A stretch of 62,901 bases of DNA, counting the filler, from Octopus bimaculoides (taxonomy: Eukaryota): the NCBI RefSeq assembly GCF_001194135.2. It is 4 parts of 4 records of this genome, joined end to end, with 100 filler letters (N's around TTAATTAATTAA, not from the genome) between each part and the next. Parts side by side here need not be neighbours in the genome. Positions count along the whole stretch, not along the records: positions 27,510 to 52,303 come from NC_068984.1; 3 more parts are not named here. One strand, written 5' to 3'. Below, one piece after another: positions 40,604 through 52,403 of this stretch (the first letter of the stretch is position 1; every line of letters begins with the position of its first letter). Made by a program: the position numbers and the translations under genes. The notes under the pieces were generated by a model. The model had not been told where the DNA came from, made no database searches, and saw only the letters and a list, made by a program, of their open reading frames with translations.

Positions 40604-40858
40604 TAAGGACAGATCATGTGTTGGTAGCTAGCTGGAAAAGATATTTTCCTGGGGCCAAAGCGTAGAAACCTCGTCCTACATAGGACTGCCACGTTGCCTT
40701 GGCAAATAGACTTTGCTGTAAGGTACTGCTACTACATATTTCTCACACAGAGATTTAAAACTAGTTGGTTTTCTTTTTATGAGATCAGCAACTGTGTGTT
40801 GCTTTAAAAGTATATACTGTAAGCAAGAGTGAGTGGCTGCTACCTCTAGCCAGCAGTT
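40604..40858 (+). mobile_element. HHR-bearing repeat unit, copy B (5'-truncated: hairpin domain, spacer and LINE target site)
   Basis: Starts in (TA)n; 40607-40714 is a direct repeat of 41787-41896; ends in acctctagccagcagtt. Confidence 0.75.
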
Positions 40859-41672
40859 GGCTTATGATTTACAAATATGCGTTGAAGCTGAGATATCGCT
40901 GGTGCTACCTGGAGGGTGACAAGGCGTGGAATCCACTGGCAGAGGAATTCTTCCCGCAACCAACCTCTTTGGAGATAATTACCAAAAATCCCTGACCTGG
41001 CAGTGCTACAGGAATGCTTTACCTGTTCGCAATAAGTTATCCAGGCATGGAATGTCAGTGCCACCGACATGTCCAAGATGTGGGCTGAACAATGAAACTG
41101 TCCCACATGATTTTGTACACTGTTGGAAGCTTTCAGGCTTGATAATTTATGTTGAACACGTGTTGTCACACCTAGGCAGAGTACAGCTATCAACTGAATT
41201 TATAATAAAGATTGTGCCACCTACTGGACTCTCGAAGGAAGATGAGGCATGTTTTCTCCTGACAGTAGCAGTGTTGAAAGAGTGTGTTTGGAAGACTAGA
41301 CTGCAAGGACTCGTGACGGGAACCTTCATCTCTGGCTCCGGATTGCTCACCTTTTTCAGATATCATCTGAAGAGCAAGATAGGGCTAGAGAGGAGACATC
41401 TGTCACAAGGTGTGTTTGAGAAAAGATGGAAGGCTGTGGTTAGAAAGGTGGGTGCAAGTGACCCAGCTTAGTCTTCATGGAAATGGAAAAGGTGTAGTTG
41501 CTGGGCCCTTCAGCCCATCAAGTTGTTTTACCCACAAAAAGTCAAATTATATATCATTCTAAATTTTTAAAAATCAAGTATCATTCGAACTCATTATAGC
41601 AATAATTGTTTGTATTGTCCTGTTTTGTCCCCCTCTGTGTGTACAATAATAATTATCTTAATAAAAAAATTC
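40859..41672 (+). mobile_element. L1/Tx1-type LINE, 5'-truncated 3' fragment (ORF2 C-terminus with CCHC zinc knuckle and 3' UTR)
   Basis: WLMIYKYALKLRYRWCYLEGDKAWNPL then DNYQKSLTWQCYRNALPVRNKLSRHGMSVPPTCPRCGLNNETVPHDFVHC; ends aataaaaaaattc; acctctagccagcagtt is duplicated at 40842-40858 and 41673-41689. Confidence 0.85.
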
Positions 41673-41898
41673 ACCTCTAGCCAGCAGTTATCCTGTACCG
41701 ATGAAGGGAAATTACCTAGAAACCATTGGTCTACAGATATCACTATGGTTAGAAAAGAGCAGTAGACTCTCTTGCTCACAGTATACGGACACAGATCACG
41801 TGTTGGCAGCCAGCTGGAAAAGATGTTTTCCTGTGGCTAAAAAGTAGTAACGTCGTCCTACACAGGACTACCATATTGTGTTGGCAAATAGACTTTAC
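41673..41898 (+). mobile_element. HHR-bearing repeat unit, copy C
   Basis: HHR at 41693-41736: CTGTA-CCGATGA-AGG gaaatta CCT-a-GAA-ACC att GGT-C-TACAG; hairpin domain at 41787-41880; ends in (TA)n. Confidence 0.75.
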
Positions 41899-43330
41899 TA
41901 TATATATATCTGAGAGGGACAAGGTTTGATTCGTTGTAGCTGCTTGCTGGCAATATTTTACCATCTTTTAGGAGTATTTACCCAATTTTCTAGGCTGTTT
42001 TCATAGCTGTTCTATGTTTGAAATTTACTCTATTTTATGTGTGTGTGTTTTGTGCATGTGAGAGTGTGTTTGTGTATATGCACGTGTGAGTGTGTGTGCG
42101 TGTATGTGTGCTTGTGTGTATGTATGTATGTATGCATGTATGTATGCATGTATTCTATTTTTATCTTTGTGTGTAAGAGTCTTGATATGAAATTGTGCAT
42201 TGAAACAGATGTAGTTAGTTGTATTTTGGGAAAGTCATTTTACCAATAAAATCATACACACTGGCAGTTGTTAATTCCTGGCTAGAGCAGGACAGCCAGA
42301 CTTCTTCAGGCATCAGGAATTTTTTTCTGTTTCACCCATTAGTGTTAGTAGGAGATTAGAAAATATCACAGATGCATGCTGGAATTGTGTAGGAGTTGTT
42401 AATCCGAATGATCAAGGACATCTATGGCTCAAATGCATTTGATTATAGGTTCACTGCATCAGGGTTGACTTTGAATCAGAAAAGACAACAACAGTGATGA
42501 AATAGGTTGGGAGAACAGTTTAGGAGAAGTATTCACTTTCTTCATTGATGTAATAGCAATTAGTAGCAGTGTTATGGAGGAGAGGTACTGTCAATGTTTA
42601 GCACCAAGTGAGCTTTGCTTCACAGATTTATGGTCAATTTACACTATCCAATATATTTCCCTTTATTTAAGATATGAATAAGATTTGGTTGCTTCTTCTA
42701 GCAGCCTGTGTGACCTTGTTGAGGTGTTTTTATAAGCTTCACTTATTATGATGGTAGTTATATAATGATGGTGATATAATTGTTGTTTTCATGTTGCTTG
42801 GTTCATCTGTGATCCACTCTTTTAAAGGAATCTAGGATTGCATTTACTTAGAATGGAAGGATTTGATTTGAAAGGGATTTAGTTGCTATTCTATTAGGAT
42901 AAATCTTCCATGTGGTGAGCAACTGCATGGAGGGTCTATCACCTCGTTAGCTTGAATAGTTGTGATGATAGTTACAATTGCGGTGGTATGGCCTTCTTTC
43001 TTGCTGGGTGACATTCTAGCAAAAGTTAGCTAAACTACTAGTGGTGGCCATATACTTTGGACTTAAATCACATCTTTCTTCAAGGAAGGGAAGGAAAATA
43101 GAACAAAGTGAACAGAGACAAATTTTCTCACGTGCACATGGATGGACGGACACACACACATAAATACGTACAAACATACACATATGCATACGCACAAGCA
43201 CACGTGCACACACACACACACACACACTGTGGAGACAATAAAAACACCTTCCACCTCTAACCTCTTCAAATACGTAAGTGCTTCATTGGAACACGTTGAA
43301 ACTAGTAAAATTGTAAAATATATGTAACTG

Positions 43331-43376
<46 letters not shown>

Positions 43377-43403
43377 GATATGTGTGTATATGTGTTATGT
43401 ATG

Positions 43404-43438
<35 letters not shown>

Positions 43439-44396
43439 ATATATATACACACAATGTACATACATACATACATACGTACAGGCAAACACATGTATCTACT
43501 TATCTATATATCTTTATCTCTCTATAAATGTATGTATGTATGTGTGTATGTATACACACACACACACATATATTTATATATATACATTTATTTATATATA
43601 ATTATACATACATAAATCAAGAAAATCAACATATAAAAGAAAATCAGTTTTCTTTTGTGTTTCACACAAAAGTTCTGTGTTTTTTTTCCCCTTAGAAGGT
43701 GAATGAACTTTTATGATTTGAGACTTTCTCAGGCATGGTGGTGGTAATTACACTGTTATTTATGACTGTTGTTATTGAGTCACATCAATCATTTTGAATC
43801 AAGCAGTGGTATGACCCAGCTGATTAACCAGACTAACCAATCAAACACTTGTTAAAAGATGGCTTTTGGCTAACTCGATTATTTACTCTCTGTTGAGCTC
43901 TTTGCCAAAAGAAACTGTTTTTAACAAGTCACACATACATACATACATACATACACATACACATACACACACATGCACACACACATACCTACCCACTTAC
44001 CTACCTATCTAACTACTTACCTATCCACCTACCTACTTACCTACCTACCTCTTTGAAAAAAATCAAAGAGAAAGAAGATAACTATGGACAACTGCTTCAA
44101 AACCTCCAGTTTCTGTATCCAGATTACAAATTTACATTTACACCAATAATAATTGGAGCACTTAGTTTTGTAAATAAATACCTATCAGTTTGGATAGGCT
44201 TGGATTTTTAGAAAAAGAAATCAGCTGACTTGCACATTACAAATACAATCTATAAGCGGAACAGCAAAAATATGCAAGACTTTTCCCAAGATTAAAATGT
44301 GACATTGTTTTCGTTATCTACATTCCAATGATGAAGCTTTGTATCTTTATCAGAAACCAGCTCCTTCTTCAAAGGAAGAATTTAAATAATCAAAGA

Positions 44397-44453
<57 letters not shown>

Positions 44454-44890
44454 TACACACACACACACATACATACATACATACATACATACATACATGT
44501 CTAAATGTGACCATCTCTACACTTTCTCTGTTTTATCCTAATCAATTTTGTGTTTATAAAATTTAGCTTAGATTTCATTGGTGCCACTCACTTTGCTATT
44601 ATTTTCTTTGTCCATGTGGTTAAGAGGTTCATATACAACCAGAGAATTCTGCATTTGATCCCACTGCACAGAAAGTGACTTCTATTATAGTTCTATTATA
44701 GGACTAATGTTGTGTGAGAGAAATTCAGGTGGTAGAAACTCTGCAGATGTCCTTCATATTTGTCTCTCTGTCTGACTCATTGATATTGTAGAAAGCTTGC
44801 CAGGTTAAAGTAAAAAATGATGTATGCTTTGGTATTGTGTTTTTAGTACAAGGTGTCCAAGGAAAGGTTTTTTCTCAGTCTTTCACTGGC

Positions 44891-45227
44891 GTATATACAT
44901 TAGGTATTGTACACAGATGACTATTTTGATTTAATGCTATTTTAATTTCATACACCATATTATCTGCATAATATTATTGAATGTATTATTCACTGTTACC
45001 TGAAAGGACATATTTTGTCCAGAAATATGATTTGTCCGGAAATATCATTGACAAGGCCTGAAAAGGCCAAAATGTGTCTGACATTCTTGTGTCACTCCAA
45101 TATACATTGTGCTTTTAACAAAATTTGTCTGTGAAAAGATATTTTCTCTGACAAAAACTACAGTACCATGTCTTTTAATGGTGTATATACATTAGGTATG
45201 ATACATAGATGACTATTTTGATTTAAT
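44891..45227 (+). mobile_element. 292-bp unit with 45-bp terminal direct repeats and an internal HHR fossil
   Basis: gtatatacattaggta..acagatgactattttgatttaat at 44891-44935 and 45183-45227; HHR-like motif at 45041-45085. Confidence 0.65.
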
Positions 45228-45839
45228 AGTGTTTCAATTGCCTACTCCGAGTTTAACCATTATATCTTCTTCCCAGCTACTCCCCTTATATAATGCCAGG
45301 TAGGCATGTATCTCCACTGTTGCAAGACACTAACACATGTCTCTCTGTCATACTTTAATCTCCCAACACTTGGCAAAAAGCCACCTTACCCACCTCAAAT
45401 ATTCCCCCACCCAAACTTAGTTAAGTTTTTCTGTATTACAAGTTACTTGGTGATGCCACAAGTATTAGTGGCATGAAAAATCACCCAGTACACACTATAA
45501 AGGGGTTAGCATTAGGAAGGACGTCCAGTCATAAAAGCCAAGTTGGAGCTGACACTAGAGCTTGATGCAGCCCTGTAGCTCATAGGATCCTGTCAAGGTG
45601 TCCAACCCATTGTAGCATGGGAAACAAATGTTACATAACGAGGTTGATAATGATATATATGTTAAGGATGGATTGTAGTCACAAGTGTGTTTTGTATTAC
45701 CAGGATGTTATAGTCAAGATGTTGATAAAGTTTAGTAAAGTTGAGAAGGCTGCATGTTGGTAAATTCATAGTCAATGGAAGTAGATGAAAGATGAAATAT
45801 CAGACTTATCATAATTTTTATTTACAATTACTAGACAAA

Positions 45840-46150
45840 CAACTATTTCGGGATCTAGTTAGTTTCGTTTGCAAAATGAATCCCCTTTAATTTTGCTCAG
45901 ATTGCTTTCAATTTTGGTGTATCGATGCAACTCTGAATTTTGATTACGATCAACCAATTACTTTATCTCGTAAATTAAAGAATCTGATGTTAAAGTCAAG
46001 AAATTTGGGTAATTTTAGCCAATCAACAGACAGCGAGGTATTAACAGCTTGTTACCATGACAACTGCACGTTGTGTATCGTTTCACTTCACCTGCGTGTT
46101 GTGTTGATTCTTCGCACCATGAGATTTACTTCACCCACGTGTTTTGTTTT
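45840..46150. promoter_or_regulatory. Candidate unmethylated promoter with an RFX X-box and an NF-Y CCAAT box
   Basis: GTTACCATGACAAC (46051-46064) fits the X-box consensus GTHNYYATRRNAAC; AGCCAATCA at 46017-46025; about 11 CpGs in ~300 bp within CpG-poor surroundings; no repeat similarity noticed. Confidence 0.55.
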
Positions 46151-46237
46151 AATAAAAATTTATATTTATCAATTAGAATTTTATTATAGATATTTTTTGT
46201 CAATTGTCTTAACATTTCACTTATTCTTCATATACAG

Positions 46238-46427
46238 CAAAAGTTGTTTGCAATGTTTATACAGTTACTTGACATCATGAAGGTGAATGGAATATGTGAA
46301 CCTAGGACAGAACTGCACACCTACACTTCAAGCACAGTACTGACAAAGCATTGGGGACTCATCGACTCAATATTGCCAAGCTTCAAGGTCTCATTGACTC
46401 AGATAGCTGGATTTATGATTTCACTAG
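46238..46427 (+). other. Candidate exon downstream of the promoter-like region, product unknown
   Basis: Pyrimidine-rich acceptor ttattcttcatatacag, open frame (..MKVNGICEPRTELHTYTSS..), weak donor AG/gttaat; no recognisable homology. Confidence 0.25.
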
Positions 46428-46733
46428 GTTAATTCTATTCATAAACATTTAAATTAGGAATATTTCTTAAACCATTAGCTTCACATTTCAACAGCTTAAC
46501 TGAAATTTAGCCCACGTAACAGGAACTGAGAGGGATATTGTGGAACAGAGAAACTGTGGGTGATACGGATAGTTTGACATTATTTTTTAATTCTGCATGC
46601 AAAAACATATAAGATACAGGTATTCTTTTTCTTGGGACAAATTCTTTGTTGACCAGTGTTATTCTTATCATAGTTTACAAATCCAAGCATGAAAATGTTA
46701 CTCAACTTTGAAGTTTTGGAGACAGACGCCCTC

Positions 46734-46775
<42 letters not shown>

Positions 46776-47330
46776 CACTTATATATTAACGATGTACACA
46801 AATACATGACAGGTATACATAATACTGAAATACACATAAAGTAAACACATGCAGACAAATATATTAATATAATAAATTTTTTAAAAATAATAAAAATATA
46901 CAATCAATGGAGACAAAAGAAACTGTAAGATGATACATGCTGATTTTATTAGGTATTTCTGTTTATTTACAAACCTGCAATGAACAGGTCATTTCACAGA
47001 TGCCAGACTATAAATTTCACAGGTTACAACCTTAAAGTCGACACTGCTCCACTAAACGCAGAAAATTTGTCTTGCTATTGGCTAAAAGTACTTTTTCCTC
47101 CAATTTTTTTCTCTACATCATACCTTCATAGCAATAAGACTGGAAAAGTACATTATTACAGATGAGTTGCAGATTTTTCACTTTCTCTTAAAAAATACAT
47201 ATTTTGCAAATCAGGTTGACTAGATCCCTATTTTGAGTTGTTGTCAATTCACAAAGGCTGGTAGTAGTTCTGTTGTCCTTTGATAGATATCTTTGGTCAT
47301 TGTAGTTTACTACTAAGTGTCTGAAGGCAA

Positions 47331-47372
<42 letters not shown>

Positions 47373-48048
47373 AAGTAAATAAATTTACTTCTCTGAAAGT
47401 TACCAAGAGGATAAGAAAGATATGCTACCTCTGTGATAGCCACTGAGTAAAGAAAAGACACATCTTAACTCTTTGACAGCACTGAGGAAAGAAAGCAGGT
47501 ATATTATCTCTGATACAAGTGCAAAGCTAAAAAGAAAGAATTCTGTTTAGTGTTCCATTATAACAATTCCATTGCTAAACTAGGTCACAGAAACAAAGGA
47601 TATTTTGTGGGTTGTCTAGGTTGAATTGAACTTGACCAAAGAAGGTCAAGAAGTTGACAGCTGACACTTATAAATCTCTGAGTGCAAACTTTTGATAACA
47701 AAGGAAAAAAGCTTGCAGAAACATTCAGGCTAAGGTTTCAATCTCTGGCTAAGGTTTCAATCTCTGGTTGAGAATCCAGGAAATAATCATTATATATATC
47801 AGATGCTGTTATACACCTGTTTGCAGATCTTCACCCCTCTTGTGTTTGGAAGGATTAATTTTTTTCATGGGTTCTTCTCGTATGTTATTAATGAGTCTGA
47901 CCTCCAAACATGCCACAAACGATCTTGAGGGTAGGGGAACTTTGGATCTCTTCCATTAGAATTTTCTTGTTTTCTTTACAATATCTTTTTTCTTGTGTTA
48001 TCACTTCAATAGCTGAATATTTAATTAGTCACTCTCTCTCTCTCTTTC

Positions 48049-48081
<33 letters not shown>

Positions 48082-49322
48082 TTGTCATATTGTTATTAGG
48101 ACTGCCCTTCTACTGCATAAGGTAGCTTCAATTTTCAAATTACATTAGTATCATTTACGATATTCATTTTTAATTTTAAGGCTAGTTGGTTGATGTTAGG
48201 TTAATAAATTCTTTGTAAATAAATTCTCTCACCAACACCTTCCAACATTAGTCATGAGGTGCGCTTAATTAAATAACAAATAATTTCCAGTGGTCTTAAA
48301 AGTAAGATTCACTGAAAACACCAAAATACCCAAGAAAAAGATTTCACCTCCAACTTGAAATGGTTCTAACTGTAGAGAAAACTTCCTTCCACACACACCC
48401 CTTTAACAGAAACACAAATAATTACCAATTGTTTTAAAGATCAGATTCATTGATAACACATGAAAAAAAACTGGGGTAAAGAAAACTGAGGGAGAAGGAG
48501 GTGAAGGTTCTGCCCCATTCCCTTGCAACATGTTTGGAAGCCAGATTAGATGATATAACATGAAAAAAAAACTAGGAAAGATAATTATTTCTCTCTGAAA
48601 TCAAGAAAAGTGTTCTAACTATTTCTTTACCGAGAATTAAGGTATGCCTTAAACACAAATAAATAATAATTTATTCAGGTCCACTTACAAGTTTGATCTC
48701 ATCTAGTCAAAGGACAAGATTAATTTCATTCATTACTAACATTATACCCTAAATACCATTTATCGTTTACATGTCCAATACTGCAATACAGTAGGCTAAA
48801 TATTCTACACTTTACTTCATGGTTGTCTGCTTTGCATGCACAAGCATGTTTGTGGATGACTAATACTCAGCTCTATGTCTTCTAGTTTTATTGTAACGAG
48901 AGAGAGAAGACAATATGCCATCAACTAGAAACAATGGCTAACTTGGAGATTTGATAAGTTTAATTAATTTTAATGCCTTTTCTTCAGTAATATTTTGGTG
49001 TGGAATGACAAGTAAATGAGTCTCCAATATGGACAGACACAAATATTTTCCTGCCATCTTTTGGTGTCAAAGATCATAAAAATTTTACTCAATGAAACAG
49101 GAATTCTATGATGTTTTGCAGTGCAATAATTCTTAGTCACTGATACTTTTGCATCATCTATTTATGTTGTAACTAAAGCTTCATCCCAAAAGAGGAATAA
49201 TGTTATCTGGCAGCATATGATAACCTAGGAATCCATTATGAAGGTCTACAAACTCATTTGCTGAACTAAAACAAATAATAAAAAAAATCACTGTATCTTT
49301 CAACAAAAATAAATACATTTAC

Positions 49323-49680
49323 AGGTGCAGACATGGGTGTCTGGTAAGAAGTTTGCTTCCCAACCTTATTGTTTCAGGTTCAGTCCCAGCTGTGTGGCAG
49401 CTTGGATAAGTGTCTGTACTATAGCACTGAGCCAACCAAAGTCTTGTGAATGGATATTGTAAATGTCTGTCTGTCTGTATCTTTCTGTTCTTCTCACTCC
49501 CATTGTTTGACAACTGTTGTTAAAGCTCTGGATAAAGATGAACCATGATTTCATAATATCAGCAGCACATTTCCTCATCTGAACAGGTTCACTAAAAGAC
49601 ACCAATAGAATAAGTGCCAAACTTCTTTTTTTTTAAATTACTGGGGGTTAATTTGTTCAACAAAATATGAGTAGCATAAA
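49323..49680 (+). mobile_element. SINE family 2, degenerate
   Basis: Head ggtgcagacatgggtgtctggtaagaagtttgcttcccaacc; tail region agacaccaatagaataagt. Confidence 0.7.
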
Positions 49681-49689
49681 ACTGCTCAT

Positions 49690-50440
49690 ATTTACTCACA
49701 GCCTGTGAAAGTTTTCTAGCATATTGTCAACTATTTCAGTATAGTTATCTGCTTTCTTGCCCTGAAAGTTATTTACAACTATCATATTATAAATGAACTC
49801 CATACTGCTACTTCAATGCAATTCATTGAATTTATAAAGTTCCTATCTTCCATCATTTTTTTTATTGAAGGTCCACCAACTACTCCAGTTTTTATGTTTT
49901 CACTGTTCAGACCAGGAAATGTCCTGCTGATATAATGAAAACATAGTCCATCTTTATCCAGGGCTTTAACAAATTGCTCCATAATCCCAAGTTTGATATG
50001 GAGTGGAGGTAAAATGTTTTTTACTAGTTGAACCAAATGCTCTTCAACCATACTAAAAGATTTTGAAACTAATGTTCACTGCAGTCATTCTTTGATCACC
50101 CCATGTTTTTCCCTGGCTTTGCTGTCCCACATACATAAAAAGCATGGGTATTTGGTGTATCTACGTTGTTGTCCAAGGAACAAATCAACCATCTTAAAGT
50201 TCACACATATCTCCCACTGATGATAGGTGGGGGTATCTTGAAATCTAGACATGATGGTAAAAATGAATTTCATTTTTGGATTCAGCATAACAAAAAAAAC
50301 CTTCCAGGTAAAAATGTCCTGACAACAAAATACCTGTTGGGTTGTGTTATTTATCAGAATTTCAAAAAGATAAAATTTCATAAATACAGTAGAGTTTCTA
50401 AAATGTGGGTATTTTTAGTGACATGCATGAAAAAATGATG
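49690..50440 (-). pseudogene. Chapaev (CMC)-like DNA transposase fossil
   Basis: HQWEICVNFKMVDLFLGQQRRYTKYPCFLCMWDSKAREKH, LPPLHIKLGIMEQFVKALDKDG..FPGL, NNFQGKKADNYTEIVDNMLENF; stops and frameshifts. The family assignment is from my recall of Chapaev3 motifs. Confidence 0.75.
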
Positions 50441-51629
50441 GATACTGGAAATGCCTGCATACTGAATGAAGGCTGACTAACCAGCTCAAATCATACTCTT
50501 ATTGACTTAAAAGAGGATGAATAGATGAACAATGGGGCTTTTCCTCAGGAAAGCAAGTTGAAATTGATTAAAGATAGCAGTACAGTCTAATGATATTACA
50601 CTAAATATATCTATAACATAGGAGCTGAAAGGACTACTTTTAAACATATAAACATAAGACATTTATTGTTACAGGTATGAATAAAAGAAAAAGAAATGCA
50701 GACCAGCTAAAAATTGAAAAAAAGAAAACTTATCAATAGCCATTTCTTGGGTCCAACATCTTGTCAACACTTTCTCAAATTTTCTCAACATTTAGTATCC
50801 CAAAAGCAACAGAATTTTTCAAATTACTCCTTTTGTTTTGCACTCTCATTAAAAAGAAACTATAACAAAAATGGGTCACTATAAGAGTCTTCAAGGTCTC
50901 TAGGTGGAGACTGCATGTATCTCCAAATCTGGTGGAAGAAAAGGAAGCAATATGGATGATAACGCAATATGATTGTGTATGATGTACTTCAGAAAGAAGT
51001 TGAAAACACAGTCTGAATCAAAGATTGTGGGATGCTACTGGTGGCACTCTACAAAAAGGCAAACAAGAAAAAAGATACGGTAAAGCTCCTCCCCAAGCCA
51101 TGTAGGCTTATAAAGCTGTTCCAGTTTCTTTGGTGTATATATCAACCCCTGGATTGAATGCCAGTCTGTTGCAAGATTACTTGTTTTTGCCAGCTGAGTG
51201 GACAGGAGCAATGTGAAGTGAAGTGTTTTGCTCAGAAACACAGTACAGCGCCTGGTCCACAAATTGAAACCACAATGTAACCACCAAGTCACGCACTTCC
51301 ACACAAAAAAGAACAATGCAATGAAAATATTGTGACTATGAGAAAATTTCTAAAATGCTGGAAATTTCAGTGAATTGCATGAAGAGATGATAATGCTGAA
51401 AATGTGTACATAATACATAAAGATTAACAAGTTTGCCTATATCACAGGAGGAAGAACAGATCTGAAATCTAAAAGAGGTTGCAGTTGGAATATCTTTTAT
51501 CAAAGCTGACTCATGTCTAAAGAGTTTTACAAGTTCTTGTGGCATACCTACACAAGTGTGTCCCAGAATTTGTTATCTCATAACTTTCAGAAAGAGAGAT
51601 ATTTTTATATGAAATTTTCTACAAATACC

Positions 51630-52303
51630 CTTCACATGGTATAGATTACAATTATTTTGAAATTTAATGTGGAAAACATTAATATATAAGCAGCCAAAGA
51701 AATATGCGCAGTTTGCAGTGATGTTTCTTTATCTAAAAGAACTGTACGGAAGTGATTCGCAAGGTTCCGAGCTGGAAATTGTAGCTTTATTGATAAAGAG
51801 TGATCAGGCAGACCATCCACTACAGATGATGACCAAATCAAGTCATTAATTGAGAATAACCCACATTGCACAACCTGAGAATTGGCAGAAAGCCTCAACC
51901 TATAAAAATCCGTCGTTCATGAGCGCCTGGTAAAGCTTGGGTACACAAATGGCTACGATGTTTGGGTACCACATGAGTTGAGTGTGAAGAACCTTTTGGA
52001 TCGCATTTCCATCTGTGATTCGCTTTATAAATGGAATGAAATGGATTGAAAGCGATCCTGGAGTAAACGACATGAGCCACCCTTAGCCACCCCAAAAGCG
52101 GGTCTTCACCCTAAAAAAAAGTCTTGCTTTGTGTCTGGTGGGATTCGAAAGGAATTCTGTACTATGAGCTTCTCCCAAGTAACCAGATAATTAATTCTGA
52201 GAAATACTGCACACAACTGGACGAGTTAAAAACAGCAATTCAAGAGAAACGTCCAGAATTGGCCAACAGGAAGGGTATTGTTTTCCAACATGATAATGCA
52301 AGA
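51630..52303 (+). pseudogene. mariner transposase fossil, truncated at the scaffold gap
   Basis: SGRPSTTDDDQIKSLIENNP, WVPHEL, LCVWWDSKGILYYELL, GIVFQHDNAR; the segment with the first catalytic Asp is deleted; several stops. Confidence 0.9.
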
Positions 52304-52403
52304 NNNNNNNNNNNNNNNNNNNNNNNNNNNNNNNNNNNNNNNNNNNNTTAATTAATTAANNNNNNNNNNNNNNNNNNNNNNNNNNNNNNNNNNNNNNNNN
52401 NNN

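Noticed and set aside
40690-40712. Pistol-like CCACGTT..AAATAG string in copy B
   Set aside because: The pseudoknot partner and downstream conserved elements are missing, and the string is not kept in copies A or D.
47729-47768. 19-bp tandem duplication (also a 15-16 bp one near 54474-54504)
   Set aside because: Two copies only; ordinary local slippage, not a CRISPR-like or spacer-bearing array.
50455-50500. CTGAATGA-a-GGCTG actaac CAGCT-CAAA motif
   Set aside because: The core has an insertion, GAAA is broken and stems I and III are absent; too degenerate to claim.
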